A DNA stretch of 64,000 nt from Paramoeba atlantica (taxonomy: Eukaryota > Protista > Discosea), in contig CDRNVI010000039.1 of assembly GCA_977017575.1 (NCBI GenBank), positions 558,001-622,000 on the forward strand, read 5' to 3'. Below the pieces are notes generated by a model, which was given only the letters and a program-made list of their open reading frames with translations, searched no databases and had not been told where the DNA came from. The first letter of the stretch is position 1. Each line of letters opens with the position of its first letter. Positions 21,156 to 31,000 of the stretch are shown here, one piece after another. The position numbers were made by a program, and so were the translations under genes.

Positions 21156-21311
21156 CTATACGTTTACTCCACGGCTAGAATGAGGATGGCTTTGGCTTGA
21201 TGTTTTACTCTTATTTTTACCACCTTTCTGAACATCTTCTGGAATGCCTTCGGCGGCCGCGTAGTCGTATTCTTCGTCGCCATATTTAGGAGCAGATTCC
21301 TTATCTGACAT
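21156..21311 (-). CDS. 51-aa small ORF absent from the supplied ORF track (weak NUPR1/p8-like pattern)
   Basis: Manual translation MSDKESAPKYGDEEYDYAAAEGIPEDVQKGGKNKSKTSSQSHPHSSRGVNV*; cluster strand; preceded by a pyrimidine-rich tract; higher GC than flanks. Confidence 0.65.
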   Translation of the reverse strand: MSDKESAPKYGDEEYDYAAAEGIPEDVQKGGKNKSKTSSQSHPHSSRGVNV

Positions 21312-21633
21312 AGTTTAAAAGCAGAATAAAGTACAACTAAAAAAATTTGCTTTAGTGAATATGATATGTATTTTAAGACAGCATTTATAGTATTGTTATT
21401 ATTGGTTTATAGTTATTGGTTTTTGAGGTTAAATACAGTGCATGCGTAAGTGTACACAATGAAGAAGGAAAGATGTTAGGAGAAAAGTTTGAGAACACCA
21501 ATTTACATTCGTGCGAAAGTTGACCTAATATAGCTTTAGTCGTGTTTACACTACCGTTATTTCGCACGTCCCCAAGCACAGGCGCATCGTGCGGGATAGT
21601 ATCGCTGTAAAGTATCGAAGATTCAGACACGAG

Positions 21634-22194
21634 TTACTTTCTCCTGAATTCCAAAGAGTGTGACATACTTCTGGCCACAGGACACTCTTTGCGTATCCGT
21701 GTTTCCAGAACTTCAAGTTGCTCATCATTCGCATTTGGCGCCTCGATGTATGCCACAACACGGGATCCAGCCTTAACTCTTTGTTCATTTTTAATTGAGC
21801 TCTTCGATGTAGCTTCCTCGGTTTCGTAAGAGATGTGCAGCGAGTGCACATCTATACCAAGTTCAGTTGCTATTTCAGCTGCATGCGCATTGGCACAGTT
21901 CTGAAGCAGAGCCATTTGGGCGGATTTTTGAGAGAATAATGTCGTGTACTTATGCTGAAACCACTCCTTCCAACACATAGCACGCTCCTTATGAAATACG
22001 TATTGGGCATCTTGTTCTTGGAGTTTCTGAAGATTCTTCTGAAATATGGAGTGTCGCTCGGTCTGTGGAGCACCGCGCAGAAACGAATGAGATCTTGCAA
22101 CAGTGCTTCGAATTCGAAAACTATAATACTTCGCTGCAATGCGAAGTTCGTGAAGAACAGCGGATAGCAGACTCATATCTGGATTCGCATACAA
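21634..22194 (-). CDS. OsmC-like fold protein
   Basis: ALLQNCA...ATELGIDVHSLHISYE ... RKECPVARSM (OsmC/Ohr two-Cys pattern). Confidence 0.65.
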   Translation of the reverse strand: MYANPDMSLLSAVLHELRIAAKYYSFRIRSTVARSHSFLRGAPQTERHSIFQKNLQKLQEQDAQYVFHKERAMCWKEWFQHKYTTLFSQKSAQMALLQNCANAHAAEIATELGIDVHSLHISYETEEATSKSSIKNEQRVKAGSRVVAYIEAPNANDEQLEVLETRIRKECPVARSMSHSLEFRRK

Positions 22195-22727
22195 GAATTA
22201 GTGAATGCTATATGGGTGCTTATCTTTAATAGAAACATAATAAACGAGTTGCACCGGGGGGATCAGCTAAATCAGGGGGATGGGGTCTAAAATTTGGAAA
22301 ATTTTGGAAAGTAATAAATGGTATGTGGCCTCCGATTGCTCTTTTCAGTTAAAGAACTTGCCCCAAGAAAATATTAATCGAGATGCCGGTACGTTATAAA
22401 TCACCAGACCTTTAGATTAGGAGTCAAGGGGTGGGATCGGTAAAGGGGAACTACACTAATTAGAGAGTAGGCCCAGGCAAGAGAACAGTGATAAGGCTTA
22501 ACTACACGTACGTCATACGTAATAGAGCAGTCCTAAAATACATGTCTACTTCAAATATGGGCAAGTATACTTTTAACATATAGTTCCAATGTCATAGTAG
22601 ATATTGTTCTCTATTCATATCTACGTGTATGTATTCATTCTATGTATTCAGCTTTGCGTGGCATGGTGCAAAACCTCTCAGGCATTCACTTTATCTGATG
22701 ACACTACACCAATAACAGGGCACTTAA

Positions 22728-23399
22728 TTAAGAAGACAGCACAATGTAACCCTCACATACAGGTGCATTCTTGAACACCAGTACGTGCGGACGAGACGGG
22801 GGTTGCGTATGAGACCTTCCCCTACCCCGTGAAGATTGAAAACGATTCGTCCGTTCGTTTAACATTTTAAGCATGTCATTCGAGTACGCAGGACAAGTAT
22901 GCGAATCTAGCGCCAGAGTAATGTGGGGCACGGGTTTGCGACACAAACTGCTTGCTCCTTCATGAGAGATTTTAACTCGGAGGGCACAGCAATGCTTGTC
23001 ATAAACCAAAGAATGAATTTGCAGCGAAATCGGTTCTTTCTGATCCTCTAGCCACTTCAAGTGATGTATTTCTGAGGGGCTTAACAGGCTGCTCCAAGGC
23101 TGACTGCCTCGATAGATTAGTGTCACGTGAAATTCATCTTTTAAGTGCCAGTTGCCAGAGCAGTTCTCCTTAAACATCGAACGATTAAAGCCATGGCTAT
23201 TCGTTTCCTTCGGAGAGATAGTCGTGTTTTTGGGGGACGTCGCATTAACGGAGCTCAGGTCAGTTCCAAAGCCGTGCGTGTTGTGACTATCTTCGGATAT
23301 GATTTCCCCATTTTCCCCCTTTCTAACCGAACAAAGAATTTTTTCGCTTTCCATGGCTTTGCATAGGTCCTCATGATGTACACGAATAGCCCAATACAT
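22728..23399 (-). CDS. 2H cyclic phosphodiesterase, similar to the Trl1 tRNA-ligase CPDase domain
   Basis: Two HxT motifs (EFHVTLIY, VPHITLAL) and the AYSNDML motif typical of the Trl1 C-terminal domain. Confidence 0.75.
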   Translation of the reverse strand: MYWAIRVHHEDLCKAMESEKILCSVRKGENGEIISEDSHNTHGFGTDLSSVNATSPKNTTISPKETNSHGFNRSMFKENCSGNWHLKDEFHVTLIYRGSQPWSSLLSPSEIHHLKWLEDQKEPISLQIHSLVYDKHCCALRVKISHEGASSLCRKPVPHITLALDSHTCPAYSNDMLKMLNERTNRFQSSRGRGRSHTQPPSRPHVLVFKNAPVCEGYIVLSS

Positions 23400-23870
23400 G
23401 TCGAAAAAATAAATAAAACGATTCTAATCTTACATGTACATACAATTGGTAGTACAATTAGGGGAGGTCAGTGCTAATTTCTGAACTTTCTCTAGCGTGT
23501 AGATTATTGGGTGAAAGTGAAGCATTATTTCACATAAAAAATATTTTTTTCGTTAATTTTTTTATGTGTTCTAAGTGTTGCCTTATCATATTTTACGTGC
23601 ACTGAAAGTATTTTTCTGACATTTGTTTACATACAGCTGTACTTTTTTCGCGGTGAGGGTGCGCTTGATAGTGGGAAAGAAGCGCGAGATAATCGGCTGA
23701 AGTTCGGCGCAGAAATTGTGAAAAGTAAGCTAAAGAGAGGAAAACATGAAGATTATGCCCTCCGTCGCCTGTTTTAGGCCCTCAAATGACATTGCGAGAA
23801 CGTAGAAATCGTTCTAGAACAAGGGCAAGAGAGTTAATTTTTCCTTTTTTGCCAAAATAGGGCGATAATA

Positions 23871-24036
23871 CTATCCTCCCCTATCCTAGTGTTGCCTGGT
23901 TTTGGGAAAAAGCAACGCTAGGAGGGGGGGTCAAAAAAGAAATCGCCGCTTCGCGGCAAGAGAGTCTTGAAGAGACAGTCTAAAAAGCAACTCTAATGAG
24001 GGGGTACTGAAGCAACGCTAGGATAGGGGCGGATAG
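23871..24036. mobile_element. 166-bp MITE with about 25-bp TIRs and TA target duplication
   Basis: TA|ctatcctcccctatcctagtgttgc ... gcaacgctaggataggggcggatag|TA (2 mismatches); internal gcaacgctagga copy and gccgc-ttc-gcggc hairpin. Confidence 0.9.
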
Positions 24037-24165
24037 TAAATGTTTTAAAAAAAAGTGTGAAATAATGCTTCACTTTGACCAATTATTGTTGTATTGGCTC
24101 GTACTCATTGGAAAACGTTTCAATACAAAATGTATACACAGAAATCCACTAGTTTTTGACCCCCC

Positions 24166-25137
24166 TTACTTCTTGCTACTAATCGATGCCTGGTGAGCAT
24201 CCTTAATCTCCGTTGCCTCCTGGCTGAGCCGCAGCTTCGCCTTCTTCGACATTTTATACTCCAGAATCGTCTCCCACCTTGCTAAATCCGGATACGTCGT
24301 ATCCGGAATCTTCACCGATTGTGCCGCAAGTCGATCCGAGGCCAGAAACGATTCCTCCATCACGACCTGCACCAGTGCCTGCGGCGTCATCCCCTCATAC
24401 AACGGCGGACGATACACCGACCCATCCAGCCACTCAATCTCCACCACCGGCAACGTATGCTTTAACGCGTAATCCAACTGCAAAATCTTCCGATCCACAT
24501 GGTTCCGTACGGACAAACACATCCGATAGAAATCCGTGACCAATTTTTGCAACGTATTGCCATACCCAAACACAAACGGGCAGATCGTAATCGTCAGCCG
24601 TCGCATGTACTGCGACTGGATATGGTTGTACTTGACCTGGGGGGCAAGTACCCCCAGCGGTCGGGTGTAGTTTGTCCCCAAATGGGTCGGCACGTGCTCG
24701 GGGTACTCCAGCTCCCGTCGCCACAGCTCCACCGAGGTGTAGGGCATGTGCCAGGACTTCCAAAACCATTTCGGGGTGGAGTTGGGGGGGATTTGAGGCC
24801 TGGGGAGGGGGAGGGTTACGGGGACCGCTCGCACCTTGCGGAGGAACTGACACTCGTGGGGGGTGTCACTGTCGCTGGGGTCCTTGGCGTGGGCGTAGTG
24901 CTGGTGGTACTCCCGCTGGGCCTCCCCCTCGCCCCAGTGGGCGGTTTGGTAGGCCTGGTAGCGGTACTTGGAGTGGTTCCCGCGCCACATGAGGTAGTTC
25001 GGGAGGGGGTGGCGTAGGGTGTGGCGGTCGTACCGGCGGGTGGGGTGCCAGGAGGAGGTGCGACGGAGCGCGCCCTCGAGGCTTTGGGACCCGCGGGGAC
25101 CCCAGGTGCCGTGGCCGCTGTGGAGGGCACCGCTCAT
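24166..25137 (-). CDS. Kinetoplastid mitoribosomal large-subunit protein, mL53-like (L51/S25/CI-B8 fold)
   Basis: From MSGALHSG; RRLTITICPFVFGYGNTLQKL.TDFY...PVVEIEWLDGSVY.PPL.EG matches my recollection of trypanosomatid mL53. Confidence 0.7.
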   Translation of the reverse strand: MSGALHSGHGTWGPRGSQSLEGALRRTSSWHPTRRYDRHTLRHPLPNYLMWRGNHSKYRYQAYQTAHWGEGEAQREYHQHYAHAKDPSDSDTPHECQFLRKVRAVPVTLPLPRPQIPPNSTPKWFWKSWHMPYTSVELWRRELEYPEHVPTHLGTNYTRPLGVLAPQVKYNHIQSQYMRRLTITICPFVFGYGNTLQKLVTDFYRMCLSVRNHVDRKILQLDYALKHTLPVVEIEWLDGSVYRPPLYEGMTPQALVQVVMEESFLASDRLAAQSVKIPDTTYPDLARWETILEYKMSKKAKLRLSQEATEIKDAHQASISSKK

Positions 25138-26490
25138 GGGGGTGGGGAGAGGAAGGGAAGAAGGTTTAGGGATAGAGTGTTGAGGGTGTGGAAGAAAGTT
25201 AGTTTTTAAGAGGGAAACAGAAGGAATAATGTGGTGTATAGCGTTACATGCATAAGTTATATGGTACAGAATAGAATACAAGTGACGCAAAGATATAAAA
25301 CAGAGAAAAGTCGTTGGAGAGTCTTCTGATGGAGTAACTTCGGGTTCAAAGAACATCTACACGAACCTACACGAATCTACAGGAATTCATACGGGCTGTT
25401 TTTTGGGCTTATTCTTTTCCTTTATCCTGAATATTTTTCAGGATGAACTAGAATTGCCTGAAAACCAGTCAAATCTCTTTTTTTTAATGGAACACGACTT
25501 GCCCCGCAATGAAAATGTTTACGTCTAAGACGTCTACGGAAATCCTGCCTCGGACACCTACGATCGGCTTCGTAAATGGATGCGCCAAGAAATCTTACTG
25601 ATACCATTGACCCGTAAGGAAATAGTGGGCATAAAGTTCGCGGGACTGAGCGCGACAGAAAAAAGCGTAAAATATGCTGAAAAACGTATGCCACCTGCGG
25701 ATCTCCTCAATTTCGTGGTACGGGATTGTTGTTATCCAAAGATGCGGAGCGCTCAAGCGATATCACAAGTGCACCAGGGAAGAGAATAGTTTCCCTAACG
25801 GAGGCCTCGGCATCGCAAATCGCAGGTGAAGTAAGTCAGTTACAAGACGGATTTCTTGCGCTAGAAAGTGAAGTACAATTTCACTTCTGCAATCCCATGT
25901 GTACTTACAATGTCGATGGACTTCCCGTCTTCAGCAGAGGTCCACAAAGTCTGACAACGGAAAACATGATACAAAATACTAGACCATTCAGGTGTTCATC
26001 ATGATGGATGGGTGTCCCTTGGCGTGGAATAGACCGAAAAGAACGACTTTTTGAGTATTTAGATGCGCACAAACTGCTTCACTACAACCAGCACACCAAT
26101 GCGTCTTTGAAGTCGGCATTCAGACTGCTGTGGACAAAAACGAACTTACACAGAACTACTACATACTCTCCTTTCTGATGAAAAGAATGTAGATTAAAAG
26201 GTTTTTAAATAGATTTTCGGTAAACAAAAACCAACTTTGGGAAAAAGGGTGGTCCGAAGAACATTCTTCTCTTCATTTCACATTTTCTATACATGTTATA
26301 GTTAAGTTTCGCCCAAAGTATCGCTATAGCAAGTACATTTTTCACGTAGCCACATTCCCTTTTAAATCTTTTATGGTACCTCAGTTTACAATGATGAACT
26401 ATGCATTGGCGTTGATACTGGGGCTAAATTATCCCATCGCATCACTAGAAAAGTGAATCGAAACTCCCACACCCTCAACAAACGTTTCAA

Positions 26491-26817
26491 TTAAAATCCA
26501 TGAGTTTCCATTTCATCAGCTAGTAGTATCTTCTTTTCAACAAAGAACTTACCCAAATTTACGCGTTGGTCACCTTGCAACTGAAGAACTGTACCATAGC
26601 TTGCGTCAGATAGAATGGTTCCATTGCAACCAAACTCTTTCTTCAGTGCCTTCAGCAGTTTTGGGTAGTCAATTTCCTCACCCAGTCCCTGTACTGTAGT
26701 GATAGACTTGCGTCCATTACGCTGCTGCACTCGAATGTGCACCTTGGAGGGATCCGTAGTTGGATCTTTGTTTAGCGAATTGTCTTCAACATTGTGTGTC
26801 AATGGGCCTTCAGACAT
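26491..26817 (-). CDS. SUI1: Translation initiation factor eIF1 (SUI1)
   Basis: VHIRVQQRNGRKSITTVQG...KKEFGCNGT...VLQLQGDQR; start at MSEGP. Confidence 0.97.
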   Translation of the reverse strand: MSEGPLTHNVEDNSLNKDPTTDPSKVHIRVQQRNGRKSITTVQGLGEEIDYPKLLKALKKEFGCNGTILSDASYGTVLQLQGDQRVNLGKFFVEKKILLADEMETHGF

Positions 26818-27087
26818 AATCTTGCCAACGATGTCCTTGGCGAGTTTTGTAGTGGGAGAGAAAACAAGGAAAAGAACGCTAATTTGAAATAAAATAATAT
26901 CATAGAAGGAAGTCAACAAATGGGAAATCATAGTAGAAATATAAAGGAAATATGATTTTTACTAGAATGCTAGAAGCGTGAAATGAAGTAGTTACAAGTT
27001 TTACTTCATGCTTCTTAAGTGAAGACAACCACCACGTTTCGCGAAGAACTGACAAAAGATTAAAACATATGAAGGCTTTTTCCATAC

Positions 27088-27759
27088 CTAAAATCGCCAC
27101 ACGTCGGAGTCAAAAACGTAGCGAAGCGTTGGAAAATATGTCGCATGTCTGGGCAGCACTTTAATCTGCGTGCCGTGAACAAAACTAGCCCCCCAGATGA
27201 ACTGCACTTTATAGGGAAGATGCGAGACGTCAAGCTCCCCACACAGGTTTTGATTGCTCAAGAGACTAATGTCGTTCAAACTAGGTGGAAGGTGAGAAAG
27301 CTCGACCCAACCGGAAAATTGATTATATTGTAGCCCAATGACTTCCATCCCGGCTGGCAGGTGAACCAAATCTAATGGACCGGAAAACGAGTTCAGATAC
27401 AAGCCTAAGGCGGTCATATTCTCGGGGAGCTGGTCCAGAAGTACCTCCCCCGCGAGTTTGTTATCATAAAGCCGTAAATGCTTCATTCGTAAATGAGATA
27501 ATTGTCGCCAATGCAGTGTGCCTTTTAAATTTCGCGAATACCATAGCACAGATGTGATTTGTTTGGCTTCATTGCACTCCACACCGCTCCAGCTACACGC
27601 GAAGGTGTGTGTGTCCCATGAGGGGTGTGGATTTTTGACTTCAAGAAGGAACTGTGACAAACTGTATTCGGGTGGGTGAAGTGCGCGAACTCGACCGCGA
27701 CGAGATGTGAGCGTTGATTCGGAAGTGGAAACAAGAATATATAAAAAACTTGAAAACAT
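27088..27759 (-). CDS. Leucine-rich repeat protein (Perkinsela-type LRR family, by recollection)
   Basis: Hydrophobic N-terminus, CSWSGVECN LRR cap, repeats LPENM..LGL..NSFSG / LPAGM..IGL..NQFSG. Confidence 0.85.
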   Translation of the reverse strand: MFSSFLYILVSTSESTLTSRRGRVRALHPPEYSLSQFLLEVKNPHPSWDTHTFACSWSGVECNEAKQITSVLWYSRNLKGTLHWRQLSHLRMKHLRLYDNKLAGEVLLDQLPENMTALGLYLNSFSGPLDLVHLPAGMEVIGLQYNQFSGWVELSHLPPSLNDISLLSNQNLCGELDVSHLPYKVQFIWGASFVHGTQIKVLPRHATYFPTLRYVFDSDVWRF

Positions 27760-27975
27760 GGGAAGAATGAAGCAGAGAAAGAAAGAAGCGTGCTTGAAAG
27801 CGTATGTAGTGAGACAGGCAGAGCGTGTGTGACTAGGGAACGTAAGCGGAGTCACACGGCATTTTTTCCTCAAAATGATATTCGTATCCACTGAAGATAT
27901 TTGCAAAAGGAATCATTGTACTCCAAAGGAGTGCAATGAGAAATAATTTACAAAGGCGCCAAGAACCATCCCGAA

Positions 27976-28923
27976 TTACAGACCGCATTTACCCAACAGT
28001 CTTACGGAAATACAACTCTCCTGGTAAGAGTGGCTTTTGCAAATGTACTCGATTTCCGACCATGACCCGACGTACAACGCCGGTATCGGAACATTCACGT
28101 GATGCACGCATGCGATGATATAGCAGGCCGTGACGCCACTGCCGCACATGACTGCAGCGAGAGGCGTCGAATTTTCGCTCGTGTTGCCATCAGTCCGCAT
28201 GTCGAATATCTCCCTCAGTTGTTCTTTTGTCAAGGACGAGTATGGATCACATTTTTCCCAATCGCAGTTTAGTGCTCCCGGATAGTGTCCAGGAATGGTG
28301 TCTTGCGCCAGTCCGACTTTTCTGCTGTGAAATCTTTGACCTGGTCGGGCATCGACCACTTTGTACTTACTCAACTCCGAAAGATGAACCAAGGGAAAAG
28401 CAGACTTCTCCCAGGAGATGGGCAAATCATTGTAAACATGCTTTACAGCGAAAGCATCGTTCGCGAATGAAGAATAATCAGATGGGGATCCTTTCTCTAC
28501 CATACCTTTCCAGCCATTGAAACCGTCATGCAAGATATGCACCTGAGAGTATCCCACCGCCCGGAGCATCCACCAAGCCCTTGCTGCAAAGACACCACGG
28601 CTTTGATCGTATACGACGATGACGGTAGACGCATGGGGCCTTGCATCTAACCCGTTACGAACTAGCCATGATTTAAACTGTTGTAAGGAGGGAAGCGGAT
28701 GTCTCCCTTTGGAAGGGCATTTCACGGACAAATCGGAGTTTATATCCGCATAAACAGCTCCCGGAAGTCGGCTTTTATCAAATAAAAAACGACCTTGGAT
28801 CGGATTTTTAAGATTGAAACGCACATCTATGAATCGTACGTCAGAAGATACCACACTAAGTTCTTTCTCCGTGATGAATGCACCGTGTGCTGAAGGCAGA
28901 GTGTCGGACAACTCGGATTGCAT
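27976..28923 (-). CDS. MST: 3-mercaptopyruvate/thiosulfate sulfurtransferase (two rhodanese domains)
   Basis: GRHPLP, AARAWWML..VG, LHDGF..W, VDARP..RF, GHYPGA, catalytic CGSGVTAC, LYVGSWSE. Confidence 0.93.
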   Translation of the reverse strand: MQSELSDTLPSAHGAFITEKELSVVSSDVRFIDVRFNLKNPIQGRFLFDKSRLPGAVYADINSDLSVKCPSKGRHPLPSLQQFKSWLVRNGLDARPHASTVIVVYDQSRGVFAARAWWMLRAVGYSQVHILHDGFNGWKGMVEKGSPSDYSSFANDAFAVKHVYNDLPISWEKSAFPLVHLSELSKYKVVDARPGQRFHSRKVGLAQDTIPGHYPGALNCDWEKCDPYSSLTKEQLREIFDMRTDGNTSENSTPLAAVMCGSGVTACYIIACVHHVNVPIPALYVGSWSEIEYICKSHSYQESCISVRLLGKCGL

Positions 28924-29281
28924 GCAAGCGATGTGTTTCACGTTGTACTGAACGATTCACTGACGAGATTGTATCAATACTGTATTATACAGTGGAAGAA
29001 ATCCCACTACTCAGGTGACTCGTGCTTCGAGATTGTATTCGGTGCGATAGTTGAACGTTCACTTTGCGGTGGTAAACATCTATGTTTTGTTTGATAGCAG
29101 CTGATGTAACAGAAATCACAAACTGAGTCTACATACTGCGTATAGTGAAACAAAACGTAGTCAACCGTAGTCAAAAATATCATTCAACTGATTATAGAAA
29201 TATTCGTGAGCTTAAAAGTGGTGAGCTGTCTTTCATCTAATTCTACACGGGTATTCACATCAAATTCTAAATGTTCTACTT

Positions 29282-30889
29282 CTACTCTATGGGACGAATG
29301 TCCTTTTGGTATTCTTCCGCAGAGCGTGTGTCCAAGACTACTTCCCCTGCGCTACCCTTTGTCTTGCCAGACTTTGCCGATGAGGGCTCGTGCTCACGGT
29401 GTGTAGGACACCTCGCACATTTTCTTAAGTGAGGCATTGCCCCGAAGGATACCGTACCCCAGGGATAGTTCCCGGGAGAAAAATACGCGCAGGAGGTATG
29501 ATAAGTCCGATCGCAATTCGGTTGTGTGCACACACACGTCGCACCGAACTCCCTACACAAGTCGCACTTTGTATCGGAGGCCTCAAGCGCAATCTGCGGC
29601 ATCTCACGCCCCATATGCCAATCCCACGTAATATCCACACAACCCCTATGCACAAAAAACGGCTCATGAGTGACCTCATCCTGAAACCATGTCTGAGCAA
29701 CCTCACCCAGTCGCTCCTCTAGCAGATTCTGCCACTCCTCGAGGGAGTATGATTTTGGCGACGCACTCAGCCGCACACACATTTTTTCATACCGCGTAAC
29801 CCACTCCGCCACACTCCTCTCCGACTCCACATCAATCCCACACAACCGACACCGTGTGGAGCGCACCACAGGTCTCCTCAACACCGCCCGCTGCACCACC
29901 CCCCGTTCATGTTCCTCCCGTAGCGTGCGCACGTCGTGGCGCCGTAAAATCGCCTCCCGTTCATCTTGAGTTTCCTCTAGGCATTCCCTTGACCGTTTCT
30001 CCACTCCGGCTGTCGCGGTAGCCCCTACCTCTGTGGAGGAAACCGTAGAGCCCCGTATGCGCTCCTGCTCTCTCCGCATCCCCGTGTCCTCTCTCCACGT
30101 ACCCGGTAACAATGCCACAGGGGTAGTAGTCCGTTGAGGAACCGAAGAGGCAACACGACTTGAGGCAGCAGCGCTGGAAGAACCAGAAGAAGAACCAGAA
30201 GATGAGGAAGGAGCGTAAGATACGGAGGGGATAGTCGTCGTCCTCGTTGTCGTCGTGTTCCGATGATAAGCCGCCCGGTGATAAACACTTAAGGCAGGGC
30301 TCGATCCTATAGAGTGTGGAAGGAGTGGAGTACCACCATTTAGAGGTGGGAGAGCCGAGATCGGGAGAGAGCGGGGGGTGGTGCTCAGGGGGTGGCTCGT
30401 GGGGATGGGAGCGATGTGAGGGTTGCCAGGGTGGGGAGTGGGGTGATGAGGCGTGTTGAGATTGCGTGAGAAGTCGAGTAGGGGGTTTCGGGAGGGGGGG
30501 TGGGAGGTGGGGGCACCATGGGGGGTGAGACGCGTCTCGGTGAGTTTAGGGAGGGTGGTTTCGAGCGGGGAGAGGGTGAGTTTGAGGATCCGGGCGTTGC
30601 GTCGGGCGTTTTCGATTAGTCGTTCGTAGGTGACCTCGTCTACTAGGTTGTTACCGTCTTTCATAATGAATTTCGCGTGGACGTCGTACTTTTTTAAGTA
30701 GGCTATGATTTCATCGCGTAAATGGCACTCGCTGTGATGTGCGCTAAGGCGATAGAGCATCCGGCCTGTTGTGCCTCCGAATGCGGGAAATTTGTGATCG
30801 AAAGCCATTTGCACTTCTATAGGGGCTTCCCCACCCGCGGCGTCTTCATGCCACAAGGCAGAGAGATCCTGACTGGCAAGAGAGAACAT
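29282..30889 (-). CDS. Protein with an extended PHD (zf-HC5HC2H) C-terminal domain and a PB1/ubiquitin-like N-terminus
   Basis: CRLC...VHRGC..W ... CDLCREFGATCVCTQPNCDRTYHTSCA...CPTH; Pro/His/Ser-rich linker. Confidence 0.75.
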   Translation of the reverse strand: MFSLASQDLSALWHEDAAGGEAPIEVQMAFDHKFPAFGGTTGRMLYRLSAHHSECHLRDEIIAYLKKYDVHAKFIMKDGNNLVDEVTYERLIENARRNARILKLTLSPLETTLPKLTETRLTPHGAPTSHPPSRNPLLDFSRNLNTPHHPTPHPGNPHIAPIPTSHPLSTTPRSLPISALPPLNGGTPLLPHSIGSSPALSVYHRAAYHRNTTTTRTTTIPSVSYAPSSSSGSSSGSSSAAASSRVASSVPQRTTTPVALLPGTWREDTGMRREQERIRGSTVSSTEVGATATAGVEKRSRECLEETQDEREAILRRHDVRTLREEHERGVVQRAVLRRPVVRSTRCRLCGIDVESERSVAEWVTRYEKMCVRLSASPKSYSLEEWQNLLEERLGEVAQTWFQDEVTHEPFFVHRGCVDITWDWHMGREMPQIALEASDTKCDLCREFGATCVCTQPNCDRTYHTSCAYFSPGNYPWGTVSFGAMPHLRKCARCPTHREHEPSSAKSGKTKGSAGEVVLDTRSAEEYQKDIRPIE

Positions 30890-31000
30890 AGAAGGTATGG
30901 TATAGAAATCCAGATTCTTCTGATTTTCCAGGACTCATACAATGTAACTGAAAAAGATCAGACGGCCTAAGAAAATGTGTAAATATTTGTAGTATTTATA

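Noticed and set aside
23590-23790. Minus-strand frame MSFEGLKQ...* LTFHNFCAEL... as a read-through gene
   Set aside because: One in-frame TAG, no recognisable motif, and all other genes use the standard code with normal stops.
24279-25209. Multiple overlapping ORFs on both strands over the mL53-like gene
   Set aside because: Same GC-island artefact.
30988-31000. ttgtagtattt just left of the Tc1 element also follows its right end (33434-33444), suggesting a longer TSD
   Set aside because: The left copy is offset from the TIR by extra bases; a TA duplication explains the junctions. Could be chance or an old footprint.
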